The notes beneath the pieces are model-generated. The model had not been told where the DNA came from and searched no databases. It saw only the letters and a list, made by a program, of their open reading frames with translations. Position numbers and translations under genes: made by a program. Positions 15,708 to 22,934 of a stretch of 64,000 bases of DNA are shown here, in pieces; within the stretch, counting starts at the first letter, position 1, and the number at the start of each line of letters is the position of its first letter. Source of the DNA: Pyrinomonadaceae bacterium (GTDB lineage: Bacteria; Acidobacteriota; Blastocatellia; Pyrinomonadales; Pyrinomonadaceae); the NCBI GenBank assembly GCA_044867735.1, contig JBIOVO010000286.1, forward strand, positions 1,666 through 65,665. Reading direction: 5' to 3'.

Positions 15708-16520
15708 CTACCAGGTCACGGCCACACCTGGAGACATCCGCAAACCTTTGCTGACCACTTGGTTCAATGCGCCGGAAAGCTTTTGCAAAAGTTGATGTTG
15801 ATGGGAATGAATGAAGAAGTGATCCCCGTCAAACATCGTCAAATCAAATGGTCCGCTTGTTTGCTCTTTCCAGGCCTCGTAATCGTCCAGACTGACGTGC
15901 TCATCCTGCGTTCCGCCGTAGACCGTCATCGGACAGTCGAGGCGAGGTCCCGCTATGTATGAATAGGTCTGACAAACTTCGAAGTCAGCTCGCAGTAGCG
16001 GAATCATCAACTGCATCAACTCAGTATTGGCCAGCAACTCCTTTGGCGTTCCGTTCAGATCATTCAGGCTCTCGAGAAACTCCGGCTCGGGCAGGTGGTA
16101 GGTGTGCGGTTTATCGATTGCTACCTGCGGCGCGGTGCGACCGGCAACGAATAGATGGAGCGGCTGCACTCCATATTCGACCTTTAGCAGGCGCGTCAAC
16201 TCGAAGCTGATGATGGCGCCCATGGAGTAACCAAAAAAGCAGAAGGGTTTTTGAAGGTAAGGCAGTATCGCCGTGCTGATAGCTTTTACCAGCGGCGTCA
16301 CGTGGTGAAAGGGGGGATCTTTCATCCGATTACCGCGGCCCGGCAATTGGACCGGACAGACCTCCACCGTCGTGGGCAGCTGCGCCGCCCACTTGTGATA
16401 AAGCTGCGCGCTGCCGCCGGCGTAGGGAAAGCAAAATAAGCGCATCTTTGCCTGCGGATTAGGTTGAATGCATGTCAGCCAGGAACTGGTGACAGTCCTT
16501 TTTAAGAAGCTCGTATTCAT
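15708..16520 (-). CDS. Type II (editing) thioesterase
   Basis: Motifs are MRLFCFPYAGGSAQLY, the GxSxG motif FFGYSMGAIISFE, and the C-terminal FDGDHFFI His motif. I prefer the ATG at 16520, which has GAGGAG 9 nt upstream. The track start at 16712 adds 64 non-homologous residues and overlaps the upstream gene. Confidence 0.85.
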   Translation of the reverse strand: MNTSFLKRTVTSSWLTCIQPNPQAKMRLFCFPYAGGSAQLYHKWAAQLPTTVEVCPVQLPGRGNRMKDPPFHHVTPLVKAISTAILPYLQKPFCFFGYSMGAIISFELTRLLKVEYGVQPLHLFVAGRTAPQVAIDKPHTYHLPEPEFLESLNDLNGTPKELLANTELMQLMIPLLRADFEVCQTYSYIAGPRLDCPMTVYGGTQDEHVSLDDYEAWKEQTSGPFDLTMFDGDHFFIHSHQHQLLQKLSGALNQVVSKGLRMSPGVAVTW

Positions 16521-16660
16521 CGCAATTCGCTCCTCGGTATTTGTGTTTCGTCTTGAAGCTGCGGAGCTGAATGCATGACCACGCTGGGAGTAGCCGGCAG
16601 TGATCTTCGCAATTTCTTCGCGCTGGACGTTGGGAGGGTAGGTGGTCTCTTCAAAACCAC

Positions 16661-17464
16661 TCAGCCCATCGCCGCATTGCTGAGTGCCGACATGCCGATC
16701 CGTACTACGCAACTGATTACCCAGATCGAACCGGCGATGGCCGTGGCCTTGGCGGGAGAAATACGGGCAACTTTATGCAATCCAATGATTGCCAGGACCA
16801 ACCCGTAAATAGCAAACACATCAATCGAACTAACGGCGGTTGTCAGAATCGGATGAGCAGCGGAATCGACGAATACGCCCAGGTTGGCATGTACCAATCC
16901 CGTTCCCGCTCTTGCCAGGTCAATATCATCGGGAGACTTGAGAAAGAGGACCACGATATTTCCGAATAGTGCCAGAATTTCCGGCGGGAAAGACGAATAG
17001 ACCCAAACCGATAGTGCCTGGCGATAACCGATGCTTCCTCCAAAAGCCAGGACACCGAGCAGGTAGAGGGCGCCACCGCCGGCGAACACGATCGTTAGAT
17101 TGATGATCGGAGAGATATATCCAATCGCTTTCATCACCGGCTTGGTCTGCATCTCAATGATTTGCTCTTTCTGCTCCGGCGTGATGTTGGTGCCGCTGCG
17201 TTCCAACTGAGCTCGCAGGATGTTGTCGACGCCGAGGCGCTGATAAATGAGGGCCGAGGTGAAAGACAAGGTCACCACGATGAAGCAAGCCGCCAACAGG
17301 AACCGCGGTTGCTGCCGGAATGATTCGAAGACCCGGGCGGGTTCGAAAAATATTCCGCTCAGGCTGCCGATTGCGGAAGGCGCCTTGTCGTCCGAGACCG
17401 CTGGTGCAGCCACACCGCCCCCCGCGTAAACTGGAATGGGTTGCGCGTTTTTCAATTCATTCAT
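16661..17464 (-). CDS. Yip1-domain-like integral membrane protein
   Basis: This 267-aa protein has an N-terminal soluble stretch, then GIFFEPARVFESFRQQPRFLLAACFIVVTLSF, and about five hydrophobic helices. A GAGGAGAG ribosome-binding site lies upstream of the ATG at 17464. The family call rests on overall pattern only. Confidence 0.55.
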   Translation of the reverse strand: MNELKNAQPIPVYAGGGVAAPAVSDDKAPSAIGSLSGIFFEPARVFESFRQQPRFLLAACFIVVTLSFTSALIYQRLGVDNILRAQLERSGTNITPEQKEQIIEMQTKPVMKAIGYISPIINLTIVFAGGGALYLLGVLAFGGSIGYRQALSVWVYSSFPPEILALFGNIVVLFLKSPDDIDLARAGTGLVHANLGVFVDSAAHPILTTAVSSIDVFAIYGLVLAIIGLHKVARISPAKATAIAGSIWVISCVVRIGMSALSNAAMG

Positions 17465-17488
17465 GTTTCTCTCCTCTCAAGTTCTAAC

Positions 17489-17533
17489 CACGGATCACAC
17501 GGATAAAAATCGGATCTATCCGTGTAATCCGTG
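17489..17533. repeat. Intercistronic palindrome (17-bp arms, 1 mismatch) between MbtH and the Yip1-like gene
   Basis: cacggatcacacggata (17489-17505) pairs with tatccgtgtaatccgtg (17517-17533), leaving an 11-nt loop. The arms are tandem CACGGAT(C/T)A units. No U-tract follows on the minus strand. Confidence 0.7.
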
Positions 17534-17587
17534 TTTCAAATTTTTATCTGGCTTGGCTGAGACTGATCGGGTGGGTGGGATTGTCTT

Positions 17588-17824
17588 CTAATTAATCGCG
17601 CCGGAATGTAGTCCAGCCGCTTCCATTTTTCTCCGCAGGCTTAGTGGTCTCATATCGGTCCAGACCTCTTTGATGTAGTCGAGACAATCAGCCTTCGGAC
17701 CGGACTTGCCGGCGTCGCGCCAACCGAGCGCGTTGTCTCGATGGGCTGGCCAAATCGAGTATTGTTCTTCGTGATTCAGGACCACTTTGTAAATGGTGTT
17801 ATCTTCTCTTTCTTCTCTTGGCAT
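17588..17824 (-). CDS. mbtH: MbtH-like protein
   Basis: This 78-aa protein contains [52 protein letters not shown], including the three signature Trp residues. An AAGGAGAGG ribosome-binding site lies upstream. Confidence 0.95.
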   Translation of the reverse strand: MPREEREDNTIYKVVLNHEEQYSIWPAHRDNALGWRDAGKSGPKADCLDYIKEVWTDMRPLSLRRKMEAAGLHSGAIN

Positions 17825-17946
17825 TTCTTCCTCTCCTTTTTAGGTTCCAGTGAATTACTCGAGGGACGACTAGTCGCCACGAGGCGACATGCCGGAACTT
17901 CGAAGAAGCTCCGGGTCTTTCCCGCTCGTCCGAGTGACGGGAACGA

Positions 17947-18732
17947 CTAAGTCCAGCGGGTCAAAATAACTTCCCGCTGAAAAATTCGAACTGCAAGACT
18001 TATGGACGCAAGGGCCAACAGGGCGAGGACGACGGCGGCCGCAAGTGCGATGAGCGGACTGAGGACAAGCACGCCCGCTAGCTGGGCAAAGAAAATCGAC
18101 AGGATTGGGATCACTGCGACAGCCGAGATTTGCTGCGCAGTTCGTGGATCGTTAACTCTTGATGAGATCGCCACCATCGCAGTCACCGCGATCAGCACGA
18201 TCAGCGGCACGCAGAGGATCAGGACGATAAACCATCCGGGACCCACTATGGCAACGAATACACGACGAGAAACCGTCACCAAAGACAACCCGGCTACGAA
18301 AATCACGCCGCATATCCAGGTGATGACAACTGCCGGGACTCCCGCAGCCAGACACTTGCCGAAGAGTAACTCTCCCGTAGTCACTGGTGTGGCGAGGACC
18401 GGTTCGAGCGTGCGAGCCACTTTCTCACCAATGATGCTGTAGGAGGCGATGATGCTGGGCACGATCAAAGGAATCAACAACATCATTACTGCAAAGGTCT
18501 GCCCGATGAAAGCTTGTTGCCGTTCCACGGGAGTCATGCCGAAAAACACTGGATTAGCCTTCTCGAACGGCATCGGCTGGTCAACAGACTCGGGCATATA
18601 TTGAACGACGAGAGTGATAATGACCGGAAGAACAGTCATCAGGATAGGCATAAGCGAGATGCCCAACAAGAGTCCTCGTTGGCGTTTTAATTCGAGCCAC
18701 TCTCTTCGCAAAATCACAAGACTCTTTTTCAT
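17947..18732 (-). CDS. ABC-2-type transporter permease
   Basis: This 261-aa protein has six hydrophobic segments. Its ATG overlaps the ATPase stop codon as ATGA (18729-18732). Confidence 0.7.
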   Translation of the reverse strand: MKKSLVILRREWLELKRQRGLLLGISLMPILMTVLPVIITLVVQYMPESVDQPMPFEKANPVFFGMTPVERQQAFIGQTFAVMMLLIPLIVPSIIASYSIIGEKVARTLEPVLATPVTTGELLFGKCLAAGVPAVVITWICGVIFVAGLSLVTVSRRVFVAIVGPGWFIVLILCVPLIVLIAVTAMVAISSRVNDPRTAQQISAVAVIPILSIFFAQLAGVLVLSPLIALAAAVVLALLALASISLAVRIFQREVILTRWT

Positions 18733-19691
18733 GTTAGTGATTGCTTATTCCGGTGTTTGCGCACCAGTCTCAAATAGACTTCTTCGAGCGACGGCTTTAC
18801 CTGCTCAACGTATTGAATGCGAGCCCCGGACGACACCAGTCTCTCCAGAACAAATTGGTTCTGCTCATCCGGATCGTCGAGCCGAATTAACAACGCATGG
18901 TCCTGCGCTTCGACCCCAGTAACGAAAGGCAGCTCGCGCACGATCGGGATCCAACGTTCGGGATCGTCGTTCATGCGAATCCGCGTGCCGCGCCCGAAGA
19001 GTTCGTTGCGCAAATTGGTCGGGCTGTCGAGCCGTAGCAATCGTTGCTTGAAGATGCAGACCAGGTCGCATAGTTCGTCGACTTCCGGCAGGTTATGTGT
19101 CGTCAAAAAGATCGTGCGACCACCTTCGCGCAGATCCTTGATGAAATCGCGGACCATGCGAGCTGTTTCCGGATCGAGGTTGGCTGTCGGCTCATCCAGA
19201 AAAAGCACTGAGGGTTCATGAAGTAACGCGCGAGCGATGGCAAGCTTCTGTCGCATTCCTTTTGAGAGACTACCGACGTCTTCGTGACGGCGATCCCAAA
19301 GTCCAAGCATGCGCAGGTAGCGTTCGACTTGCTGAGCGGCGCGAGTCGCATCCAGGTCATAAAGTTGCGCGAAGAAGAACAGGTTTTGCCAGGGACTCAG
19401 CCGCTCATAAAGTCCCGGCGTCTCGGTAAGGATCCCGGTGGAGCGATGCACGGCATCGTTCTCAGCTCCGAGGCGATGGCCGGCGACGGTCGCGCTCCCG
19501 CTGGTGGTCGCAATCAAGGCGGTCAGGAGTCGCACAGTTGTCGTTTTGCCCGCCCCATTGGGACCGATAAAACCGAACACGCTGCCCGTCGGCACCTGTA
19601 GTGTCAGGTTGTCGACAGCAATGCGTTCGCCAAAGGCGCGCGTCAGTCCCACAGTCTCAATAGCGTTCACGATGTTTTCGTCTCTATCCAC
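18729..19691 (-). CDS. ABC transporter ATP-binding protein
   Basis: Motifs are Walker A GPNGAGKTT, signature LSKGMRQKLAIA, Walker B VLFLDEPTANLD and the H-loop FLTTHN. The listed start is GTG at 19691. An in-frame GTG seven codons downstream is an alternative start. Confidence 0.9.
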   Translation of the reverse strand: MDRDENIVNAIETVGLTRAFGERIAVDNLTLQVPTGSVFGFIGPNGAGKTTTVRLLTALIATTSGSATVAGHRLGAENDAVHRSTGILTETPGLYERLSPWQNLFFFAQLYDLDATRAAQQVERYLRMLGLWDRRHEDVGSLSKGMRQKLAIARALLHEPSVLFLDEPTANLDPETARMVRDFIKDLREGGRTIFLTTHNLPEVDELCDLVCIFKQRLLRLDSPTNLRNELFGRGTRIRMNDDPERWIPIVRELPFVTGVEAQDHALLIRLDDPDEQNQFVLERLVSSGARIQYVEQVKPSLEEVYLRLVRKHRNKQSLT

Positions 19692-19741
19692 AGATTACGC
19701 CGATTGATTAATAGCCTCTGTGTAATCTGTGTAATCTGTGG
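19688..19741. repeat. Palindrome spanning the antiporter stop codon and the ABC-ATPase start codon
   Basis: On the minus strand CCACAGATTAC...(loop)...GTAATCTGTGG. The 3' arm contains both the antiporter TAA stop (19695-19697) and the GTG start at 19689-19691. The 5' arm is part of a tandem TGTGTAATC x2 repeat that encodes the odd antiporter tail RSTDYTDYTEAINQSA. Confidence 0.6.
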
Positions 19742-20963
19742 ATCGCAAATAAATTAGATTAAAAAGAGGAGTTGCCAGCAGCGTTGTGAGTATAGTCATC
19801 ATTACCATGATGGTAAACAAACGCGGCGTGATGATTCCCTTCTCCAGTCCAATATTAAGGATGATCAACTCCATCAACCCGCGAGCGTTCATCAACGCTC
19901 CGATAGCCATCGCATCTTGCCGGGTTTCGCCATTAAGCCTCGCTGCCATGTAACACGCAACGCCCTTTCCAAGACAAGCGCACAAGATGACCAGCAAGGT
20001 GATGCCCAACAAGTACCAACTCGAAACCAGGCCGATGCTTGTGTTCAAACCCGAGTAGACAAAAAACAGTGGCGCGAGAAACGACTTCGTGATCGGCTCG
20101 AGTACACGTCGCAGCTCCGTTGATACCAAGCCTCGCGGCATAGCTATACCGAGAACGAACGCACCAAAGACGGCATGGATCCCTATCACATCGGTCACCC
20201 ACGCGCAGATCATCAACAGCATTAGGACGAACGTCAGCGTCGAGCCGCTGACGCCTCCATCCAGATCCACTTTCTTTTCCAGTGAAACCAACAGACGCTT
20301 GCCGGCAGTCAGAGTCAGGATCGTATAAACTCCGCCGCACCCGATCGCCAGCAGCGCCAACGTCGGATTACCGCTAAAGGTCGCCAGCATGATTGCTAAG
20401 ACACACCAGGCTGCGGCATCGTCCGCCGCACCGGCTGCAAGGACCATCGTCCCCAACGTAGTTCCCGTCAGACCGCAGTCATAAATGATTCTGGCGAGAA
20501 CCGGAAACGCCGTGATTGCCATCGCGGCGCCGGCAAACATCGCCGCTTGCCACGCCGTGACGCGCTCAGTGAAAAAACCACCTTCCTGGACCAGATACAG
20601 CGACAACAAAGCACCCAGCGTGAATGGTACCAATATTCCCGTCAGCGACACGCTTGCAGCGCTGCGTGCTCGTTGTTTCATCAGTTGGGCTTGAAATTCA
20701 AGGCCAACCAGGAACATGTAAAGGACCAAACCCACCTGACTAACAACGTAGATTATCGGCAATGAGGCTTTGGGAAAGATTTGCGCCTGAATGCCGGGCG
20801 CGAACCAACCGAACAACGATGGTCCCATCAACACTCCGGCAACCATTTCCGCGACCACTGCCGGCTGCCCCAACCGTCGGGCAATCGCGCCGACGGTCTT
20901 GCAGATGCCCAGAATGAACGCGACCTGGAAGAAAAAATGAAATGACAGTTCGAAGTTTGTCAT
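19695..20963 (-). CDS. Cation:proton antiporter (CPA/Kef-NapA-type Na+/H+ exchanger family)
   Basis: The N-terminus is MTNFELSFHFFFQVAFILGICKTVGAIARRLGQPAVVAEMVAGVLMGPSLFGW, with about 12 hydrophobic segments. I trimmed the start to the ATG at 20963, because the track start at 21035 lies inside the inverted repeat at 20984-21093. Confidence 0.8.
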   Translation of the reverse strand: MTNFELSFHFFFQVAFILGICKTVGAIARRLGQPAVVAEMVAGVLMGPSLFGWFAPGIQAQIFPKASLPIIYVVSQVGLVLYMFLVGLEFQAQLMKQRARSAASVSLTGILVPFTLGALLSLYLVQEGGFFTERVTAWQAAMFAGAAMAITAFPVLARIIYDCGLTGTTLGTMVLAAGAADDAAAWCVLAIMLATFSGNPTLALLAIGCGGVYTILTLTAGKRLLVSLEKKVDLDGGVSGSTLTFVLMLLMICAWVTDVIGIHAVFGAFVLGIAMPRGLVSTELRRVLEPITKSFLAPLFFVYSGLNTSIGLVSSWYLLGITLLVILCACLGKGVACYMAARLNGETRQDAMAIGALMNARGLMELIILNIGLEKGIITPRLFTIMVMMTILTTLLATPLFNLIYLRSTDYTDYTEAINQSA

Positions 20964-20983
20964 TGGGTCAGTACCACTTTCGT

Positions 20984-21093
20984 AACAGCGGGGGCAAGCC
21001 CCTCTTCCTGACCTGCACGTCTCTAGTGACGCCAACTATTTCAACGAACCAAACGAAAGTCGCAGTTAGGAAGAGGGGCTTGCCCCCGCTGTT
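20984..21093. repeat. Perfect 26-bp inverted repeat with a 58-bp spacer
   Basis: aacagcgggggcaagcccctcttcct (20984-21009) pairs with aggaagaggggcttgcccccgctgtt (21068-21093). Each arm holds a GGGGC-aa-GCCCC mini-hairpin. The repeat lies between the SyrD-like exporter stop codon and the antiporter start codon. Confidence 0.8.
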
Positions 21094-21144
21094 CCGTTGC
21101 GAACCCAGCGAATCAGTGAAGGCGAAGTTGGAAAGGCGGCGTTG

Positions 21145-22803
21145 TTAAGCGAATACTAGTTCGGAACCGATCCGGGAATTACTGGCGGATTCATCTCGGG
21201 CGATCTTTCCGTAGTCCATAGTAATGATGCGGTCAGCCACGTGGTAATAACGATCGTCGTGGCTGATGACAATAACCGTCTTGCCTCTCGCGATGAGCCC
21301 GGGCAATAGCTGGTAATAGAAGACTTCGCGGAACTGTGGATCCTGGTCGGCAGCCCATTCGTCAAAGACATAGATCGGCCGGTTCTCCAAATAGGCAGTA
21401 AGCAACGCGAGACGTTTTTTCTGCCCTTGCGACAGGTCTATAGTCGATAGCACGCCATCTTTGACTTTAACCTTGTGATCGATCTGGAACTGGGCCAGGT
21501 AGTCCTGTGCTTCCTGATCCAATTCCGGCTGATCCAACCCAAGCAGCGTTTCGAATATGAAGCCGTCGGAGAAAACGGTGGAGAAGTGCTGCCGGAAACT
21601 GTCTCTGTTCGCGTCCGTGATGGGCTCGTCGTTGAAGCTGAGCTCGCCGGATTCAGGAACATAAAGACCGGTGATCATCTTGGCCAGCGTGGTCTTGCCG
21701 CTGCCGTTGCCACCCGTCAAGAAGACCAACTCTCCGGCACGCAGATTCAGATCGACAGGACCGAGCACGAAGGTGTGGTCCCCGTCGCCGTAGGAATGTT
21801 TCACTTGCGAGAGAGTCAGGTGGCCCCAGCCTGTCGCGGCGGTCCTGGTGTCATCGGCTTCAGCTTCCGCGGCGAACTTGTCCAGCGAGAGGTCCAGTTC
21901 AGCCAACTTGTTCAACGCGATCTTGGCCTTACCAAACGCCGGAACGGATGACATCACGATCAGCAATGGACCAATCATGAAAAGGAGGATCAGGATGTAA
22001 GCCGTGAGTTGCAAAGGCTCAAGCTTGATCCATGCGTAGGGCACGAAAACAATCAAACCCATCAGCACGAATATCAGCGTCTGCGCCCAACTATTCACCG
22101 CGTTGAAAATCGAACTCGAGATAATGTTATTCCGCTGCAGAGACTCGGTGGTCGATGAGAATAGCTTTGAGAGAAATGCTTCCCGCCGGTTGCGGTGGAT
22201 CTTCAATTCCTTGCTTCCCTCGGTCATCGCCTTGAGTTGCTTCAGGAGCACGTCGTTGGTCTCGCGCACGTTGTTCATGTAACGCATGGCCTTCGCGATG
22301 GGCACCTGACAGGTAATGATTCCAAAAATGATGAAGCCAACCACACCGAGCAACAGCCTTCCGGAGATCATGCCCAGGTAGATTAGACAGCCAACGACAA
22401 TCACTAGATTGGTGCAGATTGCCGGAATGGCGATGACGGCACTCGCGATCGCCGGGACGTCCTCAGTGAAAACGGCGAGGATACGGTTCGCGCCGATTTC
22501 TTCCTGCGCTCGTAGAGGAGAAGTAAGAACGCGACGACCAAGCTTCATTCGTAAGTCGCGCAAGTTTCGCTGAGCAAACCGCGCCATGAGATCTTGAGAA
22601 AGAAATCGGCTGCCCGCCACCACGACACATACGACGATGAACGACAAGATCATCTGGCCTACCAGGTCGCTCGAGCGATGGGCAAGCCCATTGTTCACAA
22701 AACCCAGCAGTAACGTGTTTCCGATACCGGCCACAATGCCCGCTACGACCGCAACGATGCTGAGCCCCAGTGAATCTTTAAGCAGAGAAAGAATTAGTTT
22801 CAT
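21145..22803 (-). CDS. Cyclic-peptide export ABC transporter (SyrD/PvdE-like fused TMD-NBD)
   Basis: This 552-aa protein has an N-terminal six-helix domain, then Walker A GGNGSGKTT, signature LSQGQKKRLALL and the atypical Walker B IYVFDEWAADQD, which is characteristic of this family. Confidence 0.85.
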   Translation of the reverse strand: MKLILSLLKDSLGLSIVAVVAGIVAGIGNTLLLGFVNNGLAHRSSDLVGQMILSFIVVCVVVAGSRFLSQDLMARFAQRNLRDLRMKLGRRVLTSPLRAQEEIGANRILAVFTEDVPAIASAVIAIPAICTNLVIVVGCLIYLGMISGRLLLGVVGFIIFGIITCQVPIAKAMRYMNNVRETNDVLLKQLKAMTEGSKELKIHRNRREAFLSKLFSSTTESLQRNNIISSSIFNAVNSWAQTLIFVLMGLIVFVPYAWIKLEPLQLTAYILILLFMIGPLLIVMSSVPAFGKAKIALNKLAELDLSLDKFAAEAEADDTRTAATGWGHLTLSQVKHSYGDGDHTFVLGPVDLNLRAGELVFLTGGNGSGKTTLAKMITGLYVPESGELSFNDEPITDANRDSFRQHFSTVFSDGFIFETLLGLDQPELDQEAQDYLAQFQIDHKVKVKDGVLSTIDLSQGQKKRLALLTAYLENRPIYVFDEWAADQDPQFREVFYYQLLPGLIARGKTVIVISHDDRYYHVADRIITMDYGKIARDESASNSRIGSELVFA

Positions 22804-22842
22804 TTACAGACACTCCTTGTCGAGTTGTGGTAGGGCGCTTTT

Positions 22843-22931
22843 CTCTGCGTTCCTCTGCGTGACTCTGTGTTCTCTGCGTTCTAGTCATTGATTGAACACA
22901 GAGATCGCAGAGATACGCAGAGCACGCAGAG
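22843..22931. repeat. ~38-bp-arm imperfect palindrome made of four tandem CTCTGYGTN(N) units and their inverse
   Basis: The left arm is ctctgcgttcctctgcgtgactctgtgttctctgcgttc (22843-22881). The right arm is gaacacagagatcgcagagatacgcagagcacgcagag (22894-22931). It sits directly after the terminal NRPS stop codon (22935) and upstream of the exporter start codon. Confidence 0.8.
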
Positions 22932-22934
22932 CAA

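Noticed and set aside
16521-16712. The 64-aa N-terminal extension of the thioesterase ORF (track start 16712).
   Set aside because: The extension overlaps the 3' end of the upstream gene and has no similarity to TE proteins. The internal ATG at 16520 has a GAGGAG ribosome-binding site and begins the conserved region.
20964-21035. The 24-aa N-terminal extension of the antiporter ORF, and likewise the 46-aa extension of the small ORF at 5574-5711.
   Set aside because: Both extensions are encoded by inverted-repeat or hairpin DNA. The downstream ATGs begin the conserved or hydrophobic sequence, and the one at 5573 has a strong GGAGG ribosome-binding site.
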